Below are positions 37,969 to 47,604 of a stretch of 64,000 bases of DNA, one piece after another. The position numbers were made by a program, and so were the translations under genes. The notes beneath the pieces were generated by a model. It did not search any database. It was not told the origin of the DNA and worked only from the letters and a program-made list of their open reading frames with translations. Every line of letters begins with the position of its first letter. The first letter of the stretch is position 1. Origin of the DNA: a virus (Duplodnaviria; Heunggongvirae; Uroviricota; Caudoviricetes); the IMG/VR virus record IMGVR_UViG_3300048924_000203, positions 22,232 through 86,231 of that record. One strand, given 5' to 3'.

Positions 37969-38282
37969 GTGAGGGGGCGGACTCGCCGCGTATGCGGGAG
38001 TATGACGATCCTTCGGGCCTGCTGGAGGTCGATACAACTGACGCCAATGAAGTGTCGTTCGGCATGGCTGACCGGTTGGGCGACCAGGCTGGCATGCGGC
38101 TCGGCCGGGACGTGGTCGCTGCCTTGCACGCCCAGCTCGGCGAGTGGCTTCGCGTCGACCCGCCGATTGGCAATGTCCCCTGCCCAACCTGCGGCGAATA
38201 CGACCCATACGACTGCACATGCCCAGATCGGCAACGGTCAGCGGGTCGACACGACCACCGAGCGCAGGAAGGTGGTGAGTGA
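37965..38282 (+). CDS. hypothetical protein
   Basis: ORF track. Confidence 0.45.
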   Translation: MSEGADSPRMREYDDPSGLLEVDTTDANEVSFGMADRLGDQAGMRLGRDVVAALHAQLGEWLRVDPPIGNVPCPTCGEYDPYDCTCPDRQRSAGRHDHRAQEGGE

Positions 38283-38575
38283 TGGTCGAGTGGGCGTGGT
38301 GGTTGGGCCTGACCGTACTGAGCGTGGCGGTGGTGCTGGCGCTGGCGCCCCGTCGCGCGAAGCCTCCAGTTGCTCTCGGCCTGGTCGTCGATCGCTACAG
38401 AGTGGCAATCACGGTGGATGGCCGGCGGGTCGCTGAGACGTCCTGCGCGGTCGGGGATGGCGACCTTGTGCGACTGGTTCCGATCCCAGGCGAGCAGTGC
38501 TGGCGGTACGTCGCGATGGTTGGTGATGCACCGGTACTGGAGTGGGCTGACACAGGCGGGCTGGTGCGGCGATGA
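38279..38575 (+). CDS. membrane-anchored hypothetical protein
   Basis: ORF track; N-terminal membrane helix. Confidence 0.45.
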   Translation: MMVEWAWWLGLTVLSVAVVLALAPRRAKPPVALGLVVDRYRVAITVDGRRVAETSCAVGDGDLVRLVPIPGEQCWRYVAMVGDAPVLEWADTGGLVRR

Positions 38576-38868
38576 GTGCGAACGGCGACGAGGTCTACGC
38601 GCTCGCGTCTGTCCTGGGCCACGAACCGGAATGCTGCACCAAACGAGAAGAGGGCGATGGGGAATGCACGCCAGACTGGCCCGACTGCTCACTGTGGGAG
38701 ACGGCCAGCTTGATTCTGCGGTCGAGCAACCTGAATGAGTTGTTGGCGATGGCGTGGCAGCGTGGATTTGAGGCGTGCCAGCAGCGGACAGCCAACGAGC
38801 TACTGGCTCTGTTGCCGCAGGTACGGGATACGACCAACCCGTTTTCCGGTGAGGAGTTGTCGTCATGA
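38572..38868 (+). CDS. hypothetical protein
   Basis: ORF track. Confidence 0.45.
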   Translation: MSANGDEVYALASVLGHEPECCTKREEGDGECTPDWPDCSLWETASLILRSSNLNELLAMAWQRGFEACQQRTANELLALLPQVRDTTNPFSGEELSS

Positions 38869-39554
38869 CCGAGCTGGTGTGCACCTGCCCAACGAATGAC
38901 CAGGGGGTGCGTGTGTCGATCGATCCGGCGTGCCGTCGGCATCCGGGGCACAAGGGCATCGGGTCGCCGGATTGCTGGTGCCTTCAGGATGGGCTGATCG
39001 GCCGATTGGCGACGGCTATGGATTGCCCGCAGCACGGGCGTCCACGCGGAGCGTCACCGATGCCTCGGTACGCGACTGGCGGGCTGATCAGTCCGCGGCC
39101 GGACGATGGCAGCCTGCTGGTTGATCTGTCGCCGGGATACATGCTGCCGGCGGACTATGCGGCCGCGTTGGGTATCGGGTCGGACTTGATGGCGATGCCG
39201 AACGACCACGGCGGCCCGGGTGCGTCCAAACCGGATATGGATTTCTCCAGCCAGGCCCATGCCGAAGCGGAGGCGCGGTGTCGGGCGGAGTTCGCGGAGC
39301 GTGAGTCGAAGGCCCGCGCGTGGCTGCGTGAGCGAGTGCAGGCCGCGTTGATCGACGAGCTGAAACGGCAGACCGCTGCCTATCCGGGTTTCACGGCACA
39401 GACAACGACGCAGCCGAATCTGTTCGTGGTAGACGGCATCTTGTCGGTGGACGAGTTGGCCAGCGCGACGGTCGACGTGTTCCTGGCGATGCTGTCCGAT
39501 CCGCCGGCGATGGTGACTGATCAGGATGGTGTGACTCGGGTGGAACAGCGCTGA
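38865..39554 (+). CDS. hypothetical protein
   Basis: ORF track. Confidence 0.5.
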   Translation: MTELVCTCPTNDQGVRVSIDPACRRHPGHKGIGSPDCWCLQDGLIGRLATAMDCPQHGRPRGASPMPRYATGGLISPRPDDGSLLVDLSPGYMLPADYAAALGIGSDLMAMPNDHGGPGASKPDMDFSSQAHAEAEARCRAEFAERESKARAWLRERVQAALIDELKRQTAAYPGFTAQTTTQPNLFVVDGILSVDELASATVDVFLAMLSDPPAMVTDQDGVTRVEQR

Positions 39555-39856
39555 TGCCTGGCCGCTCGGTCGCGCTGGCGAAGGGTCCGGCGTTGTCGTT
39601 ACACCGGACGTATGTAGCCGAGTGCGCTGATGGTGCCCGAGCGGAGTTCTTTGATGATCTGGCCGGCGCGAAGGCCTGGATTCGGGTGCACGGCGGGACG
39701 ATCCGGTACGGCAATCACGCCGGCGCTCCCGCACGTTGTGATGAGCCGCATTGGTGCCAGGGCTGCGATGAAGTGGTTCATGGCACGTGGATGGCGTGGC
39801 GTGATGGGTTGTGGCGGTGCGCTGAGTGCCGTGGCGTGTGGAAAGCGGTTGTGTAA
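39554..39856 (+). CDS. Cys-rich hypothetical protein
   Basis: ORF track. Confidence 0.45.
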   Translation: MPGRSVALAKGPALSLHRTYVAECADGARAEFFDDLAGAKAWIRVHGGTIRYGNHAGAPARCDEPHWCQGCDEVVHGTWMAWRDGLWRCAECRGVWKAVV

Positions 39857-40188
39857 TGGACGAATTGGATAATCCGGAGGGCCAGGGGTCATACGGGATG
39901 GTGATGCCGTTCGTGACTGTCGCATCGAAGGGTGGACCGCACGACGACGAGTCGTACGCGGCGGGCTTTGAGATGGGTGGTCTGGACGCGACGTTGAAGG
40001 CCTTGGCCCCGTTCACGGCGTTGGTGCGGATGCCGGTGACGATCCGCAGCGTCAATCGTGAGCAGGCGGATTTGATCGCGATGAAGCACGGGTTCACGAT
40101 CGACGATGTGATGTGGACGGACGAGTCGGGGCCCGATGGCTGGGATGTGATTGTCGTCCGCCGCGATGTGGCCGGGGGAGACGAATGA
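39856..40188 (+). CDS. hypothetical protein
   Basis: ATG overlapping TAA in ORF 39826..40188. Confidence 0.45.
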   Translation: MDELDNPEGQGSYGMVMPFVTVASKGGPHDDESYAAGFEMGGLDATLKALAPFTALVRMPVTIRSVNREQADLIAMKHGFTIDDVMWTDESGPDGWDVIVVRRDVAGGDE

Positions 40189-40832
40189 TGAGCGTTTTCG
40201 ACGATGGTGGCCCTGTGACGGGCGCGGGTCCGATCCCTGCGTCGACGGGTGCGCCGGATGCGCGGTTGACCGACGAGCAGCGCGCGGTGTTGTCCGCTTA
40301 TGCGGAGGCGCTGGGCGCGGATGCTGTCCTTGATCGCGAGTACACCGATGAGCAATTGGAGAGCAGCCCGTACGCCGAGATGATGTCCGAAGCTGTACCC
40401 GTTGGTCAGGACGAATACCGCGGCCGACCTGCCGACGGCGGTCCGTCTTCGTTCTCTGCTGGTGGTGTGGTTGTCGGCGGCGTTCGAGTTTCGTACTTGA
40501 GCGGACAGCCGGATGTGCATCTCGCTGAGTCCCAGAGGCAAGCGTTGGTGGGCGAGGCCCAGGAGCAGCTCGACGAGCCGGTCCTGGCGTGCCCGACGTG
40601 CTGGCGCAGTCACGGCTGTGACCTCCCCGCCGGCCATCCTGGCGACGACTACAGCCATGTGTGCGATCCGTGCCCGGATGGCTGTTCAGAGCCGGACCTT
40701 GAAGACTGGCCAGATGGTTGGTCGGCATCGGTGGGCCGCTGTTCGGTGCATTGCGGTGATCATCCGATCAGTGGCGACCGGCTGTTCGACGTGACGCGCG
40801 CGGGTTCGACGAACGAGCGTGTGCTGCCGTGA
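40185..40832 (+). CDS. Cys-rich hypothetical protein
   Basis: ATGATG start. Confidence 0.45.
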   Translation: MMSVFDDGGPVTGAGPIPASTGAPDARLTDEQRAVLSAYAEALGADAVLDREYTDEQLESSPYAEMMSEAVPVGQDEYRGRPADGGPSSFSAGGVVVGGVRVSYLSGQPDVHLAESQRQALVGEAQEQLDEPVLACPTCWRSHGCDLPAGHPGDDYSHVCDPCPDGCSEPDLEDWPDGWSASVGRCSVHCGDHPISGDRLFDVTRAGSTNERVLP

Positions 40833-41089
40833 CGGCGCGGGACGATCTGGCTGAGCGTGTGCGGACGGGTGTGCTGTCTCCGGAGCAGGCTGCTGCGGTG
40901 CGTGCGTCGCTGGAGGCTTCGGGCGCGAGGATGCGGGCGGCTGCGCAGGCGTTCGCTGAGGCAGCGCGGCCGGGGCTGGTGGAGTTCGAGCAGCGGGTGA
41001 ATGACCTGATGGAGGCGGCGCGGCGGTCGCTGCAGGGCCAGAGTGAACCGATTCCGATCCCCTGGGGTGTTGTGCCGGTTACGGTTTGA
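40829..41089 (+). CDS. hypothetical protein
   Basis: ORF track. Confidence 0.4.
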   Translation: MTARDDLAERVRTGVLSPEQAAAVRASLEASGARMRAAAQAFAEAARPGLVEFEQRVNDLMEAARRSLQGQSEPIPIPWGVVPVTV

Positions 41090-41705
41090 CGGTGTCGTCA
41101 GATCGGCGGCCGGGGTGAATCGGGGAGGTTGGGCATGGCCGAGATTGCGGAGGCGACGGACGCGGCGCGTGAGGCGTTGTTGAGGAGGATCGCGAATCTT
41201 GCGCCGCAGTTGAGTGCTGCTGCGGGTGTGCGGGATTTGGCGCAGGCGTTTGCGTTGACGGTTGGTGCGATGCCGGGTCGGTTGCCGGGTGCGTTGGGTG
41301 AGGTGAAGGTCTCGAATTAGGGCGCTGCTGCCGCTGCTGCGGGCTTGTCGGGTCGGTGGTGGTGATGTCGTCGGCGAGGAGCCAGAGCTGCATCGTCACG
41401 GTGGATTTGTCGTTGCCGCTGCGGGCCTCCAACTCCACTACGGCCAACCATGTTCCGTCGTCGCGTAGCAGCCAGGCTGATTGGTGCGCGGGCATCCAGG
41501 GTTCGAGGTGGAGGCCTCCGGCTTTGGCCCACATGGGGATCTGGTCGCGGCGCAGTGGGCCGCGCGGGAATGCTCGGGCGGTGTTGATCCAGACGGGTCT
41601 GTCGACGTGATGGAGGGTGCGGTAGCCGAGCAACTCGCGAGCCCAGTTGTCGAACATGTGTGCGAGTCTGTCAGGTCTGCGCTGGGTTGACCAGGCCAGG
41701 GCCAA
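41079..41705 (-). CDS. reverse-strand hypothetical protein; C-terminal 90 aa are low-complexity and overlap 41129..41320
   Basis: Long reverse-strand ORF with a plausible globular N-terminal 115 aa. Confidence 0.4.
   Translation of the reverse strand: MALAWSTQRRPDRLAHMFDNWARELLGYRTLHHVDRPVWINTARAFPRGPLRRDQIPMWAKAGGLHLEPWMPAHQSAWLLRDDGTWLAVVELEARSGNDKSTVTMQLWLLADDITTTDPTSPQQRQQRPNSRPSPHPTHPATDPASHQPSTQTPAPNPAHPQQHSTAAQDSRSSSTTPHAPRPSPPQSRPCPTSPIHPGRRSDDTVKP
41129..41320 (+). CDS. hypothetical protein; overlaps a reverse-strand ORF
   Basis: Ribosome binding site GGGGAGG; T/G-ending codons with many TTG. Confidence 0.3.
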   Translation: MGMAEIAEATDAAREALLRRIANLAPQLSAAAGVRDLAQAFALTVGAMPGRLPGALGEVKVSN

Positions 41706-41765
41706 TGAAAACCGGCCCTTACCCCTCGGTGGATGGAATCCGTTGAGGGGCAGCGGGGCCGGTGT

Positions 41766-42089
41766 TTATGCGCCTGAGACTACACCCGGATCCAGCGGCG
41801 CCAGCTTGATCGGATCGCCGACCACCGCGCCGGCCTCTTCCCTCGTCGGCCAGAACAGCTCAGGGCTGCCGGTCTCGTCCAAGTACATGATCCAGGTCGT
41901 GCCGTCGTCCCTGGTGCCTTCGATGTATCCGGCGTAGCCACTCTCCGCGGGGACGGGGTAGCGGCCGATCTCGACTCGTTGCATTGGAATGCCCTTCTCG
42001 TGGTGGATGCGGTGGTTGCGCCCCACCTGGGCACGGGATGAACGGTAGCAGCGCCCCGTGACACGAATCTGTCGTCGCAGGTCTTGCAT
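41766..42089 (-). CDS. reverse-strand hypothetical protein
   Basis: ORF track. Confidence 0.45.
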   Translation of the reverse strand: MQDLRRQIRVTGRCYRSSRAQVGRNHRIHHEKGIPMQRVEIGRYPVPAESGYAGYIEGTRDDGTTWIMYLDETGSPELFWPTREEAGAVVGDPIKLAPLDPGVVSGA

Positions 42090-42134
42090 AACCTCACGGG
42101 GTATGGCCTTGGAACCTGGTAGGTGCGTAGCGCG

Positions 42135-43700
42135 ATGACTTCGGAAACCGTCTCGTCTGAATCGTCAGGCAACGCGTCTGATCTGATTGCGACCCTGCTG
42201 CATCGGTCTCCGCGGATCGCGATGGCAGCCGCGTCGGCCCAGTTCGCGTGGCCGCTGGTGAAGCGCGCGCACACGAAGGTCAAGGAGCGCCGCACCTACA
42301 CGGTGAAGGTTCCAGCGACCGACGAAATCTACGACGACCTGCACGAATGGGTGTTGGGTCTGCTGCCCACCGATGAGCAGCGCGCGTTGGTGGCGTGGAC
42401 CTCGAAACGCGACGACCTCGGACCCACCGCCGCGTACCCGGGAAGCAGCGGACCGCCGAAGCCCCCGCGAATTCGCCTGCGGTACGACGGTTCTCGCGAG
42501 CAGATGGTCACCATCGGCGGACACCGCATCAAGGTCGTGATCAACGACGGCGAGGCGTACAAGGACGATGGCCGCTGGAAGCCCGCCGAGCTGATGTTCA
42601 CCATGCACTCGCTCGGCGCCCAACAGGCGCTGCTGCAGGAGATGGCTCAGGTGGCCAAGCGGTCACGCGAAGAGAAGCGCCAGCCCGTGTTCCGGATGCT
42701 CGACAAGTGGGGCGACTGGGCCCGCGTCGACGACCTGCCGGTCCGCGACCTGGACAGCGTCATCCTGGCGGACGGACAGCTCGACAGGCTGGTGGCCGAC
42801 GTCGCCGATTTCCTTGAGCGCGAAGGGGAGTACGCGCGCCGCTGCATCCCGTGGCACCGCGGACATCTCTACGAGGGGCCACCGGGGACCGGGAAGACGT
42901 CGGTGGCCCGTGCAATCGCCAGCCACTTCACGATGGACGTTTGGTACCTGCCGCTGGCTGACATCACGAAGGACTGCAACCTGCTGAACGCGATCAGCCG
43001 GATCACGCCGCGCTCGATGCTGCTGCTCGAAGACGTCGACGTGTTCCACGCAGCCACCCAGCGTGACGAGAACGCCGGCGTCACGCTGTCCGGGCTGCTG
43101 AACGCTCTGGATGGCATCGCCACGCCGCACGGTCTGCTCACGGTGCTGACCACGAACACGCCGGAGGTCCTGGACAAGGCGGTGGTTCGACCTGGCCGCG
43201 TGGACCTGGTCGAGCACTTCGGGTTCGCCACCGCTGATCAGGTCGCACGGTTGTTGAGCCGCTGGTACGACTGCCCTGTCCATCCGGCTGCGGTCAGCCC
43301 GATGGACAGTGTTCCGCCGGCTCAGATCGTGGAGGTGTGCAAGCGCAGCGCCACCATCGATGATGCGTGGCGCGAACTCGACAAGCTCAAGGCGAACAGC
43401 ACCAGCGTGATTACTCCGCCCATTGCCGTGGGATTCCGGACCGTAGGAGAACCGGCACAGGACCGTGAATCCTACCGGCAGCTGAGCTTCACATTCCACA
43501 GCAGCCGCCCGTCGGAGTTCCGCGTTCAGCTGTCGGTCGACGGTGTCGAGGCAGAGTCTGATCCGCTTCCCTACGACGCCGACAATGACGCTGCGAACGA
43601 TGCACGGTTACAGGCGATATCCCGTTGGGAAGAGAAAACGGGTCGCGTGTTGCCAGCAGACGCGAGAGCGTGGCTGCCGATCGAGATGGTGGCGTTCTGA
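42135..43700 (+). CDS. AAA+ ATPase of BCS1-like type
   Basis: Walker A GPPGTGKTS; Walker B LLLEDVD; sensor TTN; Arg finger PGRVDL; SGLLNALDGIA block matches the BCS1 signature. Confidence 0.8.
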   Translation: MTSETVSSESSGNASDLIATLLHRSPRIAMAAASAQFAWPLVKRAHTKVKERRTYTVKVPATDEIYDDLHEWVLGLLPTDEQRALVAWTSKRDDLGPTAAYPGSSGPPKPPRIRLRYDGSREQMVTIGGHRIKVVINDGEAYKDDGRWKPAELMFTMHSLGAQQALLQEMAQVAKRSREEKRQPVFRMLDKWGDWARVDDLPVRDLDSVILADGQLDRLVADVADFLEREGEYARRCIPWHRGHLYEGPPGTGKTSVARAIASHFTMDVWYLPLADITKDCNLLNAISRITPRSMLLLEDVDVFHAATQRDENAGVTLSGLLNALDGIATPHGLLTVLTTNTPEVLDKAVVRPGRVDLVEHFGFATADQVARLLSRWYDCPVHPAAVSPMDSVPPAQIVEVCKRSATIDDAWRELDKLKANSTSVITPPIAVGFRTVGEPAQDRESYRQLSFTFHSSRPSEFRVQLSVDGVEAESDPLPYDADNDAANDARLQAISRWEEKTGRVLPADARAWLPIEMVAF

Positions 43701-43752
43701 TGGCCCGCACGGCGCCGCTGCTCGACCCAGGCATCGCATCGCAGGTCGACTG

Positions 43753-43998
43753 ATGCCCAGGCGCGAGTTGCACACGTACGAGTACGTCTGCGACGGCTAC
43801 CTGCGGCACGACGGCAAGAAATGCACCAGCCGCAAGGTGGTCTCGGCCTATGACGCCAACGCCGCCGACGCGGCGATAACCGAGCCAACGCTGGATTCGG
43901 CCGAGTTGCTCGTCACTGGCCGTTGGGGATGGGCGTTCACGCGGCATGGTTGGTTGTGCCACCTCCCACACCGCGACGATCCGCGAGTACGCGACTGA
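43753..43998 (+). CDS. hypothetical protein
   Basis: TGATG start. Confidence 0.4.
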   Translation: MPRRELHTYEYVCDGYLRHDGKKCTSRKVVSAYDANAADAAITEPTLDSAELLVTGRWGWAFTRHGWLCHLPHRDDPRVRD

Positions 43999-44285
43999 TG
44001 GCCGTCGGGACGCTCGTCCTGCGGCGCCACACAGATGGCGACGACGTCTGGCTGACGGTCGAGACCGCTGACCCGGAGATCCACGTCAATGACGCCATCC
44101 TGGAGGACATCGAGCGATGCCGAGACACGGGCTACATCCCCGGATGCCGACTCATCCGCACTGCCGGCGAGACGGGTTACCGAGGGGCGCTGCTTCACCT
44201 CGACGCGCGTGATCGGCACGTGGTGTACCGCGTCTCTGAATTTGACGAGGCCACTGGGTACTGGATCGCGAGGTGGCCCGACTGA
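43998..44285 (+). CDS. hypothetical protein
   Basis: TGATG start. Confidence 0.4.
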   Translation: MAVGTLVLRRHTDGDDVWLTVETADPEIHVNDAILEDIERCRDTGYIPGCRLIRTAGETGYRGALLHLDARDRHVVYRVSEFDEATGYWIARWPD

Positions 44286-44563
44286 TGAGGTTGCGATTCG
44301 CGTTGTGGATGATGGCTCGCTGCTACCGATTAGTCGAGCTAATTGATCGGCGTGCGGTGCCGAAGTGTTCTCCGTGGGCATTCACGTTCGAAGAGGGCCG
44401 CGGCGCGGTGATCAACAACTCCGGGTCGTCGTTGAACGCCCGCCGTGGCGCTGCGCTCTGGTACACGAACGATCTGGACTATGAGCGAGCATGGTCCGAC
44501 TCGACCACATTCGCCGGCCGCGACGCATTGGCCGAGTTCATGGCTCGGCACGGGATCACGTGA
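44285..44563 (+). CDS. hypothetical protein
   Basis: TGATG start. Confidence 0.4.
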   Translation: MRLRFALWMMARCYRLVELIDRRAVPKCSPWAFTFEEGRGAVINNSGSSLNARRGAALWYTNDLDYERAWSDSTTFAGRDALAEFMARHGIT

Positions 44564-44603
44564 GCGGCATGGGGGCGCACCCTCCGCTCATAACGTCCAG
44601 TCC

Positions 44604-45008
44604 ATGAGCCTTGGACACGTACTCCTGATTCTGTCGATCTACGTGCTGACGGTGGCGAGCGTGACTCGCCTCGTGAACTACGACGTGATCTTCGACCCGA
44701 TCCGCCTGTGGCCGGCCCGCCGCGCCTCGGTCGCCCACGCCGCCGCGAAGGAGGCTGAAGCCAACGGCATGGCCATCGAGCACTCCGCGGCGATGAAGCG
44801 CTACGCCCGCTGGGTCCTGGTGTGCGACTTCATGGCCTGCCCGTGGTGCGTGTCCACGTGGGTCGCCGCCGCCACCGCGCCCGCCGTGATCCTGCTGACC
44901 GGCTGGTCCTGGTGGACCCTCCCGCCGCTCGCGCTCTCCGCCCGCTACCTGGTCGGATTCTGCGACCGCTGGGTAGCGGAGGACCTCACAATCGTCGACA
45001 AGGGCTAA
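44604..45008 (+). CDS. DUF1360-like integral membrane protein
   Basis: Three hydrophobic helices; LVNYDVIFDPIR motif. Confidence 0.5.
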   Translation: MSLGHVLLILSIYVLTVASVTRLVNYDVIFDPIRLWPARRASVAHAAAKEAEANGMAIEHSAAMKRYARWVLVCDFMACPWCVSTWVAAATAPAVILLTGWSWWTLPPLALSARYLVGFCDRWVAEDLTIVDKG

Positions 45009-45017
45009 ACACCCAGC

Positions 45018-47033
45018 TTGGCTACCGTCCGTCTCGTGACGGCCACCAATCTCCGCGTCGTTCGGCGCCCACGCACCCCGCTCGTCGCCGCACTCACGGC
45101 CGCCTCCGCGCCGGTCACGGACCCCACGAAAATCTTCACCGCCACCACAGGCCGCCACAACGCATGGCAGGACGACGCATGGCGCTACACGAAGTGCATC
45201 CCAGAACTCGGCTACTTCGTCCGCTGGCGCTCCAACGCCTGCGCACAGGTCCGCCTCGTCGCATCCGCCATCGACCCCGACACCGGGCTGCCCACCGGCT
45301 CGATCGACGAGAAGGACACTCAGGGCAAGGAGTTCGTCGAGCTGGTCAAGCAGATCGCCGGCGGGCCGCTTGGCCAGAAGCGGCTGATCAAGCGCGCCGC
45401 CACCTGCCTCACCGTCCCCGGCGAACTGTCCATCTGCATCCTGCAGACCGACGACGGCGAGAAGTGGTACGCGATCTCGAAGAAGCAGATCAAGCCGTCC
45501 CAGCAGAAGTCCGACTCGGTCGCGATCAAGCTGCCCGACGGCACCCTCCACGAGTTCGACAAGGGCAAAGACGCGATGTTCCGCGTCTGGAACGAGGACG
45601 CCGAGGACCCCTCCGAAGCTGACTCACCCGTCCGCGCCTGCCTCGACGCGCTCGGCGAGATCGAGCGCGCCACGAAGAAGATCAAGAACGCCGACCGCTC
45701 CCAGCTGCTGAACAACGGCCTGCTCATGGTCCCGTCGGAAGCATCCCTCCCGGACAACCAGGCACCGACCGCCGCAAGGCAGGAAGGCACTCCCACAGCG
45801 GCACAGTCCAAGCGGGTCGCCCAGTCCCTGCAGCGCATGATCGTCCAGGCCGCAGAAGCCTCCGTACGCGACGAGAACAGCGTCGCCGCGGTACTCCCGA
45901 TGGTCGCCGCCGCACCGGGCGAGCACCTCGGCAAGGTCGTCCACATCGAGTTCTCGAAAGAGGCACAGAAGTCCGCTGTCGAGATCCGCGACAGCGCCAT
46001 CGCCCGCACCGCAACAGGCCTGGACATCACCAAGGAACGCCTCCTCGGCATGGGCGAGAACTCCAACCACTGGACCGCCTACCTGCTGGCCGACGAAGAC
46101 GTGAAGCTGCACGTCAACCCGCCCATGGAAGTGCTCTGCCAGGCCATGTACGAGCACACCTTGTCGAACATGCTCGACGCGAAGGGCATCGACTCGTCCA
46201 AGTACACGCTGTGGTTCGACGCCTCGAACCTCACCAAGGACCCGGACCTCACCGACGAGTTCAAGGACGCGTACCAGTCGGGCACCGTCACCAGCACCTC
46301 GTTCGTCGACGGACTCGGCCTCCCCGAACGCGCCCTCTACGACTTCACCACCGAAGAAGGCAAGGCCCAGTGGGCACGCGACCGCGTCTCCGCCGACCCC
46401 AACCTGCTGCCAATTCTGGGGCAGATGATCCCCGAATTCGCAGGCTACGACTTCGGCACCCCACAACCAGCAGCACCGGGCCAGCCCGTCGACGACTACG
46501 GCAACCCCATCGACACCGGACAGGCATACGACCAGTCCACAGACACGAGCACCGACACGGCGACCACCAACCAGCAGACCAACGGACCTGCCGACGTGCA
46601 AGAACCGCAGACCGAAACCAACGACCCCACCACACCCACGTACAGCGTGGAATCACTGGCACGCGCCCGAGCAGAGACCGTCGCCCTCACAGTCGAAGAA
46701 CTCCTCGCCAACCGCGCACTCGAACTGGCCGCCAAGCGACGAATCCACACCAGCGACCGCGCACTCCACGCACGCCTCCGCCACGTCCCCGCACACGAAC
46801 GAAACCGCCACCTACCACCAGTCACACCAGCCGAAGTCCAACGCCTCATCAGGGGATGGGACGACATCCTCACCCCAGAGTTCGCGACCGCCAGCGGCCT
46901 GAACTACAACCGGCTCCACGCCGCTGTCTCCGCCCGGGTGATCGCTGAGCTCACGGCCGGCCAGGTGAACGCCCACGCCACGAACGGGCCGACGGCCACC
47001 TCATCCACCCCGACGAGCCTTGGAGTGTCCTGA
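45018..47033 (+). CDS. portal protein
   Basis: Size, position, acidic C-terminal tail; typical actinophage portal. Confidence 0.8.
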   Translation: MATVRLVTATNLRVVRRPRTPLVAALTAASAPVTDPTKIFTATTGRHNAWQDDAWRYTKCIPELGYFVRWRSNACAQVRLVASAIDPDTGLPTGSIDEKDTQGKEFVELVKQIAGGPLGQKRLIKRAATCLTVPGELSICILQTDDGEKWYAISKKQIKPSQQKSDSVAIKLPDGTLHEFDKGKDAMFRVWNEDAEDPSEADSPVRACLDALGEIERATKKIKNADRSQLLNNGLLMVPSEASLPDNQAPTAARQEGTPTAAQSKRVAQSLQRMIVQAAEASVRDENSVAAVLPMVAAAPGEHLGKVVHIEFSKEAQKSAVEIRDSAIARTATGLDITKERLLGMGENSNHWTAYLLADEDVKLHVNPPMEVLCQAMYEHTLSNMLDAKGIDSSKYTLWFDASNLTKDPDLTDEFKDAYQSGTVTSTSFVDGLGLPERALYDFTTEEGKAQWARDRVSADPNLLPILGQMIPEFAGYDFGTPQPAAPGQPVDDYGNPIDTGQAYDQSTDTSTDTATTNQQTNGPADVQEPQTETNDPTTPTYSVESLARARAETVALTVEELLANRALELAAKRRIHTSDRALHARLRHVPAHERNRHLPPVTPAEVQRLIRGWDDILTPEFATASGLNYNRLHAAVSARVIAELTAGQVNAHATNGPTATSSTPTSLGVS

Positions 47034-47215
47034 TGGGCGTGCGCGAGCGGGTGGTGCAGATCATCGGGGATGCGATCACCGCTGAGGTGATGGCGACGGC
47101 GTTCAACGAGATCGTCGGTGGCTTGGCGGACGGTCAGGGGAAGTACGCGGTGGACGTGGAGAAGGTCGCGGAGGCGGCTGCCGGGCGGTTGGAAGCTGAG
47201 GGGTTGATCCGATGA
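47033..47215 (+). CDS. hypothetical protein
   Basis: ORF track. Confidence 0.4.
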   Translation: MGVRERVVQIIGDAITAEVMATAFNEIVGGLADGQGKYAVDVEKVAEAAAGRLEAEGLIR

Positions 47216-47604
47216 ACGTTGCAGAGGCGATCGCGTGTGCTGGGTTGGCGCACATGGTGGGGGATTACGTGATCCAGTCGGATTGGATGGCGTCGGAGAA
47301 GACGAAGCGGTGGTGGCCGGCCATCGCGCACGGGGTCAGCTATGGGCTGCCGTTTGTGCTGGTGACGCAGTCGATCGTGGCGTTGGCGGTGATCGTCGGG
47401 ACGCACATCCTGATCGACCGCTGGCGTCTCGCTCGGCATGTGGTGTGGTTCAAGAATCAGCTGGCGCCCAAGGTGTTTCGGCCTGGTCACACGCCGACGG
47501 GCATGGGTGTGGGGAAGCCGGACTGGATGGCGGTGTGGCTGCTGATCATCGCGGACAACGTGCTGCACATGCTGATCAACGTCGGTTCGGTGGTGTGGCT
47601 CTGA
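47212..47604 (+). CDS. integral membrane protein (DUF3307-like)
   Basis: ORF track; hydrophobic helices. Confidence 0.5.
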   Translation: MNVAEAIACAGLAHMVGDYVIQSDWMASEKTKRWWPAIAHGVSYGLPFVLVTQSIVALAVIVGTHILIDRWRLARHVVWFKNQLAPKVFRPGHTPTGMGVGKPDWMAVWLLIIADNVLHMLINVGSVVWL

